A stretch of DNA of 64,000 bases from Octopus sinensis (Eukaryota): assembly GCF_006345805.1 (NCBI RefSeq), contig NW_021832223.1, forward strand, positions 458,134 through 522,133. Reading direction: 5' to 3'. Below, piece after piece: positions 1 through 13,104 of the stretch; position 1 is the first letter of the stretch, and each line of letters starts with the position of its first letter. The notes beneath the pieces are model-generated. The model searched no databases, was not told where the DNA came from, and saw only the letters and a list, made by a program, of their open reading frames with translations. Made by a program: the position numbers and the translations under genes.

Positions 1-1192
1 AATAATCTTGTGAAAAATATTGAAATATTACTCCGGACTGTTTATACTGTTTTCAGTCGATCAAGTATAAAAAAGCTGCATTTCAGGACCTGGCTAATGT
101 GTTGTTGTTGAAGATGTCGTTTCATTTAAGCCACTAAATGAAGTGAGATGGATGTCTCGGCATTTTGCTGTTAAAGCTTTGATAAAAAACTACACAATTT
201 TAATTGAATATTTCAAGAAAAAGGTTGAAGATGATAATGATCCGATTGCAAATATTGCTTAAAAACAACTTCAAATCCTCTTATTCATGTTGCTTTAACT
301 GTCTTAAATGAAATTTTGGCTGAATTAGCAGATTTGTGCACAGTTTTCCAAAGAAGCTGTATATCGACCATAGAAGCAGTACAGTTTGCCAGAGCAAAAA
401 TTTCGAAGCTGAAATCTCAATATTTGGATGGAAATGAAATTTACTGGAGTGACAGTGTGAAGATGTTGTTATCAACAACTGGTTATGGAGAGATACAAAT
501 ACAGATGAAATCCTATGCTTTATCGAGCATGTTTATCTGCATTTACAAGAAAGATTTCCAGCTGACGAATTAGAGAATGGGTAGCATTTGACACTCAAGC
601 AATTCAAAATCAGACAAACTTTGAATTTGGAAAAGAGGAGATAATTAAATTAGCGAAAAAATATGAAAATTTTTACTCTCTTCAGAAGTCCCACTCATAA
701 AACTGCAGTCGGAATATACAGATCTCAAGTTTATTTTAAAAGAAAAACTGCACTCTGGTGCTTTTGAAAACATTTGAAGATGTAATTTACTATATACTAG
801 CGGAGAAAAAATTTTCAGCCACTGCAACATTTGTGGATATTTGTGGCACATTTCAAGCGTCGAGTGCTGATGCTGAACGTGGATTTAGTTTGATGAACTG
901 TATCAAAACTAAACTACGTAATAGACTTGAGATTGACCATTGGAGATGATCATGCGAATCAAATTCTATTTAACAAGTGGGAATACAGTGGATCTTGATC
1001 GAGTATACAAATTTTGGATACAAAATAAAACAGAAGAGAATATCCAATTGACTAGACCTATTTTTTTAACCATTGGTTTTTTAATTGTAAAATTTTCCCC
1101 CCCCAAAAATTTTTTGCACACGTCACTTTATAACGCTGCACAATGCAATGTGCCCAGCGCGCATAGCTACCACTCGCTTAGAGGGAACACTG
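1..1192 (+). mobile_element. hAT transposon, 3' half (copy 1), transposase frameshifted as assembled
   Basis: Near-identical to 14219-15409. Right TIR GCTTAGAGGGAACACTG at 1176-1192. Differs from the intact copy mainly by 1-bp homopolymer indels. Confidence 0.95.
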
Positions 1193-1696
1193 CTTGTGAG
1201 GTCTCTCTATTAAGTTAATTTAATCTGCCAATTGTTGGATCAATAACAAATACAGAAATATCTGGCTTGTTTTATACTTTACTCCTCCTTGGTTTGCAAC
1301 TTCGTGTCTACTCTGATTTCAGCACGACTATAGTTTGATGATTTCTTTTTATTTCTTGGAATTTTTAATGCTTTTAATTGATTTTTACAGTTTTGAGTGG
1401 ATAAAATGTATGGATAAATTATATATCTTTAAAATATGGTTATCGTTAATTTTCATTCAAAATCGAAAATTCTGTCATTTATGAGTATCATGGGAAACCT
1501 GGAAACCCAATCAATCCAATTCTTAACTCGTTCTTATCGAAAAACGTATCGAGCAGAAAACTAGAAGGGTGTGTGTCACTTAATTAAACTGAAGTGACCA
1601 ATGTAAAAATCAAAAAAATGTCAGTCAAAAAATTTAACTTGATTTCTCAATATAATACAACAAGAATGAGACAATATATAAAGAAAAAGAAAGTGA

Positions 1697-4391
<2,695 letters not shown>

Positions 4392-4899
4392 TCTAACAAG
4401 AAAAAATTTATTGTGTCCCGATTAAAACAATTTATTATGATTAATTTTATCAAGATAACAAATTTAAATTTAAAATTTACATAAATCATTTTTTTCTCAA
4501 AATTTATTCTAATATAATTACAAAAATAAATCAAGTAAAAAATGCCCGTTAACTTTAATTCTAAAGATTTCTGCAACAATTTTATACAACAACTAAAAGA
4601 CACGACATATTTTTGAAGGATAATCACCCAATTCATCAGACCGAATAAGTCCTTATAAATAAGGTAATTTGTGACTAAACAAAGTCTTCCATTATTCGTA
4701 TAATTCTGGATTGGTTTTCATAAATATAAAAATTTTAAATTTTTCTACTCATTATATGTTAAACTCAACATTACAAACAGTTTTATTAGCAGACACAAGA
4801 ATTGTCCCAACTCTCAGCTCTAGAAACACAGAATAACACATACCAATTATAAAAATACATCAAACTCTGAACTTAATAAAAAAATTCGATGGCGTGTAG

Positions 4900-5670
4900 G
4901 AGAATTTAGTTTAGCCACACTTGCTAAAAATTCACGACTTTGGGTGCTTTCCAATCCAGTGACAAGACAACTGTATGAGCTAGAATGACTGTCTGTAGGG
5001 AAAATGTCATAAAACACCCGAAAAGAATTGTTTGTACACAAATTGCCTATAAAGAATTGGATGATGAGTACAAAAACATCAGTGTCCTTTTGTACGATTA
5101 CTTCTAGCAATAAAGGTATCAATAAGAAAAATTCTCGTTTTGTTGCATTATTAAAAAACACACATTCTGCACGAATTTTAATAAAATAAAAAAATGAATT
5201 CATAAATAATATTTATGGTCTTAAAAATTAAAAATTCAACTTTTTAGACTGATTCCAACCTTTATCAATCCAATCAGGCTTATAACCAAAAATGCACTAT
5301 ATAACTTACAAGAGAAGAGATATCATGCTGTAGGCTTTGTTTCATCAACAAGCGTCGGCTATTTGTAATAGATGGAAAAATTAATTCGCTTAAATATTCC
5401 AAAATCTTGAAAAAATGTCGGTTAAATTTAAATTTGCACAAAACGAACATTCTAGTATGACAACGATCCAAAAAGTCCAAATAACTGTTAAATGATTACT
5501 ATAAAATGAAATAAATGTTTTAGAATACCCAAGTCAATTGCCTGACATCAATTCAATAGAAAATTAAGGAAAATTTTAAAAAATCAAAGTTAGTTTAAAG
5601 AGACCGAAAGACATCCATGAATAAAAACAATTTTCTATGAAAATGGGGAAATATTACTCTTTTGAATTTC
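4900..5670 (+). mobile_element. Tc1-like transposase relic (copy 1)
   Basis: Degenerate IDGKINSLKY..YDNDPK..VLEYPSQLPDINSIEN, matching Tc1 QDNDPKH and WPSQSPDLNPIE motifs. Many stops. Confidence 0.7.
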
Positions 5671-5769
5671 CCAAAAGGACATAATCTACAGAATGTGGGA
5701 TTTCAATTCAAAATTAAAGGGTTTGGCACATACGGACATTGTGGGAATTTTCGGATTGGAAAAAAGAAA

Positions 5770-6490
5770 TTTGTTGCAAAAAAATTCAATAAAAAGTGGA
5801 ATACTTCCAGATTAAGGAAATTCGATGTCTCAAACATACCACTGGCATACGCCATGGAAGTTGAGCACAATATTGAATTACTAAATTTGAAGGGAAGGAT
5901 GCCTGATGAATTGTGGAACAATATGCCATTTTTTGTTAGGAATACTGCAATAAAACATGTCAAACACAAAGTGTCGGCCAAGAGCTCTAAGTGGCTTTTT
6001 GTTAACACCCTAAACATTGGTGAAATTTGTAAAGCTGCTAAAGTCTCTGGAATTGCTGAAAAGACTACGGGAAGGGCTTAATTCAGAAATTATGTGCCGC
6101 CTATATATGTTGATAAAGCACTGTTGAGTGAGGGACTTAAAATCCTGGAATGCGTGCGGACAACACAGCAATTACAGGAAACAAAGTCGGGGATTGACAA
6201 CATTTCAGGAGAATTACAGAAGCAAACTATCGTAAAAATACTTCTTAAGACAATACAACATCGTCTAATGCCAAATTCAGAAATGATTTGACCGGCTGTC
6301 CAAGCAGGATTCAGAAAGGACGAGATACACTTGAGCATATAGAAAATGTCCGAAGGATTATAGAAAAAACCCATGAATCCCATAAGAGTGTATACATTTG
6401 CTCATTGACTATCGGAAAGCTTTTGATTTCGTTATACATGACAAGCTGTAGTCTGGTTTAAAAGAATTTGGATTCGATGCCCATCGGATG
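5770..6490 (+). mobile_element. RTE (BovB-like) non-LTR retrotransposon relic (copy 1)
   Basis: RMPDELWNN..KSSKWL linker typical of RTE, then IVKILLKTIQHRL..QAGFRK..IDYRKAFD RT motifs, with stops and deletions. Confidence 0.75.
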
Positions 6491-6980
6491 TGCACTAAAT
6501 AACTCAAGTTAAAATAGTTTTTTCAACAATTAATCTAAAAAATCTCATATTTGTAATTTATTTGTTAAACTACGGTATTTAAGCAAGTTGAAGGAGAGAA
6601 ATTTCACAGATACGACCTGCTTGCAAACAAACTGTCGGTTCTTTATATAGCAAAAGTAAAGATTAATCGGGTAGTCTTGACATGAAATAGAGTTGTCTCA
6701 AAGTTCTTTAAAAGTCATATGGATAACTTATCCATCGATGAAGGAACGTTGTGTTAAATAGAACCCTGAGAGTATGCTCATTCAACAGAGACATGAAATG
6801 AAGATTATACTAACTAGGTTAAGTAATCCCAGCGTCCAAAATTCTTCAAATTCTCCTTGCATGTTTGAATGATGACTAGTTTCCTTCTATCTGAAAGTTA
6901 TTCAAAATGAGTAAATATTTTATGATATCACCATCAAGATGGATATAACCCAAATTAATTAGCTTAGGCTGTACTACTAA

Positions 6981-8166
6981 ATGGACGATTGTCGTAACTA
7001 TGATTTATCTCAGCAAGGGACCTCCAATCAAAAGAGGCACAGAGACCTTCCATCTTTCCCTGCAGGTCTTTCTCTGCAAAATCAGACGCGAACAGTCTCT
7101 AGACAGTCATAAATAAATTTGGTATTATAGTGGGTTCGATGGATAGGTACCACTAAGTTGGTGATCATCAAAATCACTGGGAACAGAAACAATGCTCAAC
7201 GTCTCCTAATTCGAAAGATTTTCCCCAAAATATATGGACGGGTATTTATGGTCTCGACACCTCAAAGGAATTGCTTAAAGACTCAGAGGGAAAGCTTTCT
7301 TGTCGTTTCAAACACCTAGTGGTTGATTGCTACATATCCCCAGTGGAGTTTGACATGGAGAGCCTCAACTGGGCCATAAGAGTAGTAAGAGAGGAGGAAA
7401 TGCTCAATTTAATCATGGTGAGTCGGTCAGCTACCAAATTGCAAGAACTCAAAAATTTGTATCCAAAAAGTATGACATACGCAAAAGTGGTAGGATTTAA
7501 CGGCATCTGACTTAACCTTTTGCAGTCCTTGGGACCATACTCGATTACTCTTAGAACTGGCCAAAGTGTGTTGTTTGCTGATGCATCAAAGACAACCGAG
7601 ATTTTTCTACCTCAGTGGACATGAATATGGCCCAGGTTGATGCAAATGAGCTTTATTCTGCTGGGATTGGAAACTTTGATACCGAAGACTTTGTTTTCAG
7701 TCGGATTTTTACTTCGAGGAGTCTTGTGCAGTTAAGACAGACTTTTAAAGAGTATGCCAGGGTTACACTTGTCATGTTGTGAACATTTATAGATGACAAT
7801 CACTCGAGTAATAAAGCTGTCTACAGTAAAATGCTCGAGTCTGTCAAGAACTTGTACAAAGCACTGGGTAATGTTTTTGCGTCACATTACTTTTTAGCCG
7901 ACTACATTATCAATCCGATTACATTCTTTGCACATTATTTAAACAAATCTTTGAAAGGTCTAGAAACTAACGACCATTTGTTGTGCTATATTATCATCTC
8001 CAGATCTGAAGTTTGCGCTTTAAGGAATGACGTAGATCGATTTGGGCGATATCTCAGACGTCTTTTTGAATCGCTACAGAGTTCCTTTGGCTCTCTCTAT
8101 CAAGCAAGATACTCCGGAGATTTTAAAAAGCTTCTACTGTTGCTATTAGGAAGACAAGGATCTTAA
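6981..8166 (+). pseudogene. Annexin, four-repeat, mini-intron gene with in-frame TAG and a frameshift (copy 1)
   Basis: RPSIFPCRSFSAKSDANSL*..FG|TTKLVIIKI; DANELYSAGIG; LKGLETNDHLLCYIIISRSE|IDLGDI; SGDFKKLLLLLLG. TAG at 7100-7102. Last exon needs +1 nt at GATACTCCGGA. Confidence 0.8.
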
Positions 8167-9029
8167 ATAATACTTACTATATCGCTTTCATTTATTTATC
8201 GCCTTTCATTTATTTCAGAAGTCTGGAAAATACCATTTAAAGTGCCTTAATCCAGTTAGACGCCAATCTTCATTAATTTACAAATTTTATTGGTCCCTAT
8301 TTTAGAGGGACTGAGAAAAAAATAGGAGTTTTAGTGATATTTTGAACTTAATTGGAAATTAATTACCAAAAGGTTCAAAAAATATTATTTAAATTTATTT
8401 TTTGTTTATTTTCATATTATTTTCTATAGCCTGTTCGTATTTCAATTTACAATATAATGAGATTGGTGATTTTCTGATTTTTTGCGTTTATTTTAAGATG
8501 GCTTAATACTTTTATTTTACTCGAGAATTTCAATCTATACAACAATTTTTTCCAATTCTAAAAAGATTAGAAAACATTAAGGTTTTCTGAGCTTTAATGA
8601 TTTTGTAGAGTTTTTTGAGTTTTAATATTCGAAAACATTAGCGTTGACGCTATATATAATAGTCTTGATAACCGCTGTATTGGATTCTTTTTAAAATTTA
8701 GAAACTAACTAAAAATCAACTTTAACATTGACTACAATTCTATTTTTCAAACGTTTTTTGGATATGTGAATTCTATCATTAACAAATCTAGACGGAGTCA
8801 CCAATAAAGAGAGACTTTTAGTTAAAATTTCCTGCATACAATTAATGAACCATAATCTGCTTTTATTTGAGAACTAAATGGAAAGTAAGTAATTTCCTTT
8901 GAAATAAATTGTTTAATTAATTGAAGAATGCTACAACTTATTTGTACTTTCAAAGATGATAATGGAAAAAGAAAAAAAATACAAATAGAATAAAAATTCA
9001 AATTACTATTGATATATTAGACCAAAATG

Positions 9030-9364
9030 ACTAAATGATGGCATCAGCTTGAAACAAGTAACTCTTGTGAAAATATTAAAAAGTCATAGAAAAGGTGCAT
9101 TTAAAGAAATAGATTGACTATAAAAGATATGATTAGAATAAAAGAAAAAGATATTAATTCATAAACAAGACTGAATTTCGAAAGGACAACTGGTGCTTCG
9201 AATTGAATCGGAAAGGAAATACCGAGACGAAGATTTCAAAATTATCTGCAGAACTAAGAACTTGTAAATTGCTACGTAAGACAGGCTCTGCCTCAGAGTG
9301 AAAAACAAAATGTGATGGATATTCTATGTCGTTATGAATATAAAAAGTCAAAAAAAAGGAGAGC
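9030..9364 (+). mobile_element. R4-like non-LTR retrotransposon, 5' fragment cut at the duplication breakpoint
   Basis: ELVNCYVRQALPQSEKQNVMDILCRYEYKKSKKGE matches ELVRKHF..YDILRSLSYKKSKKGE at 53472-53900. In copy 2 this sequence continues into the RT. Confidence 0.7.
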
Positions 9365-9370
9365 GTGTCT

Positions 9371-9790
9371 TTAGTCAATAACTAATTCAATTTCCATTTT
9401 TTTAAGTATCACTATATTTTCTTTGTAAAGTCTTATAGATGAGATTAGTAAGACATCATGCTCGTTTTCAATATTTTTTAATAAATCCTTTTCAATTGTA
9501 GTTAATCTGGCCACAGTGTCATTTTTTTTAATTTCTTCTTCATCATTTATATTTTCATTATTTTCATCTTCAATGTTTCCGCAATTTTCCATCTCTTCTA
9601 TTGTGTCATTTTCTGCATATTCATATGCAAGAAATTCTTTAATATCTAACGCAGGGGTTATCAACCTTTTTAGTTCATGGGCCAAATCGATAATTAAGAT
9701 TAGTATCGCGGGCCGCAAAAAATATTTTTATATTTTCCAAGCCGGTAACTCGCTTGCAATCCAAAGTGCAGTCACTGCTGATGCGTAATG
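9371..9790 (-). mobile_element. Probable pogo/Tigger transposase C-terminal relic
   Basis: Acidic tail (IKEFLAYE..EDENNENINDEEE) similar in layout to the pogo tails at 50671-51027 and 51597-51800. No TIR found. Confidence 0.35.
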
Positions 9791-10039
9791 AGTTTTTGAT
9801 TCTTTTTTTTCTTTTTTAATTTCCATTTCCTTTATAAAGAAATACACGCTAAAAAAGTTTACAAAAGGCGTTGTAACTAAAAAGAAAGTATTATTTGTTT
9901 ATTAAGTTTTTAAAATCCGGAATAAGTAAAGTCGAAGAAGTTCGTAAAAGTTGACCAAGTGATTATTCGTGAGTTTGTTACGATATTTATTTTTTTATTT
10001 GAATCATTTTACTAAATATTGATTTGCATAAATATGTAG

Positions 10040-10860
10040 ATCCAAACATTGGAGCAGAAATTCTTGGAATATCTTCTCTTTATCAACTACTGAGGTCGTT
10101 CAAATAAGATTCAAATAACGCTCGCGATGTTCCTAAAATAAATTTACGAGTTTTACCAAATTGCCTTTTTAGCTTTCTCTTCGCTCGCATCTATGTGTTC
10201 TCGATATTTTGAGTATGGATGGAGCGGTCCAAATCAGAATGTGAATTAATCCCTTATCCAATGTGCACAATCCCACCATAGGCTGCCCAACCATCAGTAA
10301 TGATATGGGTGCCGGGAAGCACGCGTCGAACGATAACTTCATTCAGTGTTTCCGCTGTCCTGTCTAAAGAATAAATGGAAAAAAGAACCTGCAACTTCTT
10401 CAAAAAAGCACTTTCTAGTTTCCCTGTCTATTCCATCCAATACCCAATGGCCTGGTCGCCAATGACCTCGATGGTACTTTCTGTGAAAAAATTTGCACTC
10501 GTCTATTTCCACTATCGACTTTTCTAAAAATTAAAATTAAATGAATTACGTAATGTATCTTCATTAATTACGAATCCCCCAAGTTTAATCGGAGCATTTG
10601 CAAGAGACACCGTAATAAGTTCTCTGCAAAAGTTCGCCCAATCTGTAATCGTATTGTTTTGTGTGTTATATTTTTGAATTTGTCTTGAGGAATTAATTCG
10701 TTAAAATTAATAATGGACGCATTTTTGAACAATGCCGCTAGTTCTATATCATGTTGTAAATCAGTGAATCTCAACCTTTTTTTGGTGTACCAAATGAAAA
10801 GTCAGTGTACCAAAAAAAACGTCAACCAAGTTATTTTGTGTACCAAAGAAACAAAGACTT
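10040..10860 (-). mobile_element. Merlin (IS1595/ISXO2-like DDE) transposase relic with three mini-introns
   Basis: TITDWANFCRELI..IKLGG..Q|KSIVEIDECKFFHRKYHRG..WVIG..IDRETRKCFFEEVA|DRTAETL..PGTHIITDGWAAY..HTQNIENT..KRQFG|TSRALFESYL. Introns at 10524-10549, 10364-10388, 10133-10156. TGTACCAAA occurs three times near 10787-10846. Confidence 0.88.
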
Positions 10861-10937
10861 ATTTAATTTTTTAATTAATTTTATTAACTTAAAATCTTTT
10901 TTTAACTATTTAATGAGAGCCTTGGCTTTCATGCATT

Positions 10938-11180
10938 TTATTCCTGAATATCTGGGTCCAAGCGTGTTAAAGATAATCTGACATCTTCTCGCGAGCAAAT
11001 ATCAAACTCTTTACGTTCACCGCTCAATATTCTGTTTATTACGCTGAATCGTGATTTCACAAAATATGTTGTTGGAAAAAATAATAAAATTTTAATTATT
11101 TGTTCCCAAATCTTTGGAAATTTGTCTTTAAATTCCTTTTTTCGCCAAAAGGTAGACAAATCCTGGCTTTCAAACAAAAT
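10938..11180 (-). mobile_element. hAT transposase C-terminal dimerisation domain relic
   Basis: FWRKKEFKDKFPKIWEQIIKILLFFPTTYFVKSRFS..DVRLSLTRLDPDI. Confidence 0.75.
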
Positions 11181-11229
11181 CTTGTAAGAATAATTATATT
11201 TAATTTCTATAAAAAATAATATGATAAAA

Positions 11230-11910
11230 AATACCAATAAATTCATCTTGCAAATCCAATTGTTTCCACTAGAAGATTTGTTTCCACTAGACTAGATTTG
11301 TTTCCACTGGAAGTCATATTTTGCAGTTTTCCTAAATTCGGCAAGGGCAGATGCAGATCCAGGACGAGAAGCGGAGTCAACCAACGGTGATGAGGAAAAT
11401 GAGTCTACGCAGTTAAAATTCCATACAAGTGCCATTCCCTCCCTGAACGGGAATAAAGTCGACCCGTCAGGGCGTTTTCCGTCCCCACGGTCTAGTCTTA
11501 TCGGTTCTAACATCGAGGGAAATCCAGCGGCGTTAAGCGCGCGCTTCACAACGTCGTTCAATGAGGCGTGCCTGGGGATCCTGCCGGCACTGAGGCGACA
11601 AGAGAGAGGGTGTAAACCTCTCCTGTCAATAAGTTGTCCACATCTGCAATGGTGCGGCTGACAAATCTCTATGCCAAGCCGTAAACAGATTCCGATGCGG
11701 ACCGATTTGTCGTCCGTAAACATGTCCGCTGACGAGATCGGTAACGCATTCAGCCAATCGCCCGAATGCAGTTGACAGGCACAATTAATGCTTGCCAACT
11801 GATCGGCGTGTGACCGGATATCTTCAATTATGTGAGAACAATATATGCGTGCCTGGGGATTCTGCCGGCACTGAGGTGAAAAGAGAGAGGGTGTAAACCT
11901 CTTCTGTCAA
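11230..11910 (-). mobile_element. CRE-clade non-LTR retrotransposon fragment (Zn-knuckle and RLE endonuclease)
   Basis: CQPHHCRCG..HPLSC..GRIPRHASLNDVVKRAL..LEPIRLDRGDGKRPDG..LVWNFNCVDS. Short tandem duplications at both ends. Confidence 0.85.
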
Positions 11911-12004
11911 AGTTTATTTTAACCTTAAGAATAAATAATTAAATTTTAACATTATCTGATTATTTTTATTCAACAAATAATTTAGTTAGTATTATGTTTA
12001 TGAT

Positions 12005-12066
12005 ATATATGTAGCCTGGCGGATTGTTCCCCCGGATAATGGCGATCGAGAACCGTTGCATTATCC
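12005..12066 (-). mobile_element. CRE-clade 3' tail fragment abutting the Buster-type hAT
   Basis: IMQRFSIAIIRG, matching QRVSLAIVRGN at 26822-27007 and QRISIAIIRGN at about 63450. Confidence 0.6.
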
Positions 12067-13104
12067 CAGCGTTTCCCAACCTTTTTGTACTCGCGGTACC
12101 TAAAACTAGGTTTTTTTACTCCCGGCACTTAAAAAATCAATATTCATTAGAAATGTTTTTTAATTAATATATTTAAGAAACTTAACAAAAAATTACCAAA
12201 AGTAATTATAATAACTAATGAGACACTTGTGCTTGTTTATGTGCACACAAAATTTCCAGACGGGGACGAATTTGCGACAAACATACGCGGAGGTCATCTT
12301 CAACTGATAACAACCTGTTTCTGGTTTTTGATTTAATGTCGACGAGACAAGAGAAAGCTTGTTCACACGTATATGATGTTGAGAACTGAAGCAATATTTT
12401 GATTGCTTTTTTAAAAATTGAAGGATAAGAATCTTTTATCAAAATCCAGAACTTATCTGTCGTCATTTCAGTAAATTTAATTTTTAATGTTGACAAAGCT
12501 CCTCCTCTTCTGTTAGAGTAAGTTGATAGTCACATGATTCGGAAAATGGATTTCTAATCCAATCATATATTTCAATATTAAGAGACGGAAAATAATGATT
12601 AAATCATTAATTTTTACATGATTCTTCCAAATATTTAGTTTCTGTTTAAATCCAAGGATTTTATCAGTTGAAGTTAACACATTCTCAAAATTTTCTTGTA
12701 AAGACGTATTTAACGAATTTATATGTTTGAATATATCAGTCAAATACGCCAACATATAAAAATGTTATGAATAATTATGTACCTTAATAACCATTCTTTA
12801 TTTTCGAAACATGAAACAAAGTAAATTTTATTTAACTGTCAAAAATATTGGCACATTTCTTCTTTTAGTTCATATACTCTGGCTAAAATTTTTCCTCGAC
12901 TAAGCCATCTAATGTCTGTGTGGAATAATAGAGTGGTATGTTCCTTATCAAAATCTTGGCACAAATTTTTAAATGATCGATAAAGAAAAGGCCTCTTTTT
13001 AATAAAATTGATCATTTTGATAACGTCAGTGAATTAAATTGATCATTGAATTAAAATATTATTATACAACTATAAATAATTTTAAATATTAAAGATCTCG
13101 CGGC
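12067..13104 (-). mobile_element. Buster/Charlie-type hAT deletion derivative; one end removed at the junction with the intact hAT
   Basis: TIR CAGCGTTTCCCAACC at 12067; same family as 45151-46902; STSYTCEQAFS motif. Ends at ATCTCGCGGC, where the full copy continues to its second TIR. Confidence 0.88.

Noticed and set aside
7100-7102. In-frame TAG in both annexin copies as evidence for stop-codon reassignment
   Set aside because: NME6, the kinase genes, the coiled-coil gene and the hAT transposase all end in TAG at the expected positions. TAA ends ADO and cathepsin 2.
10040-10860. Bacterial IS1595 contamination
   Set aside because: The ORF needs spliceosomal-type introns removed to be read, so it is a eukaryotic Merlin element.
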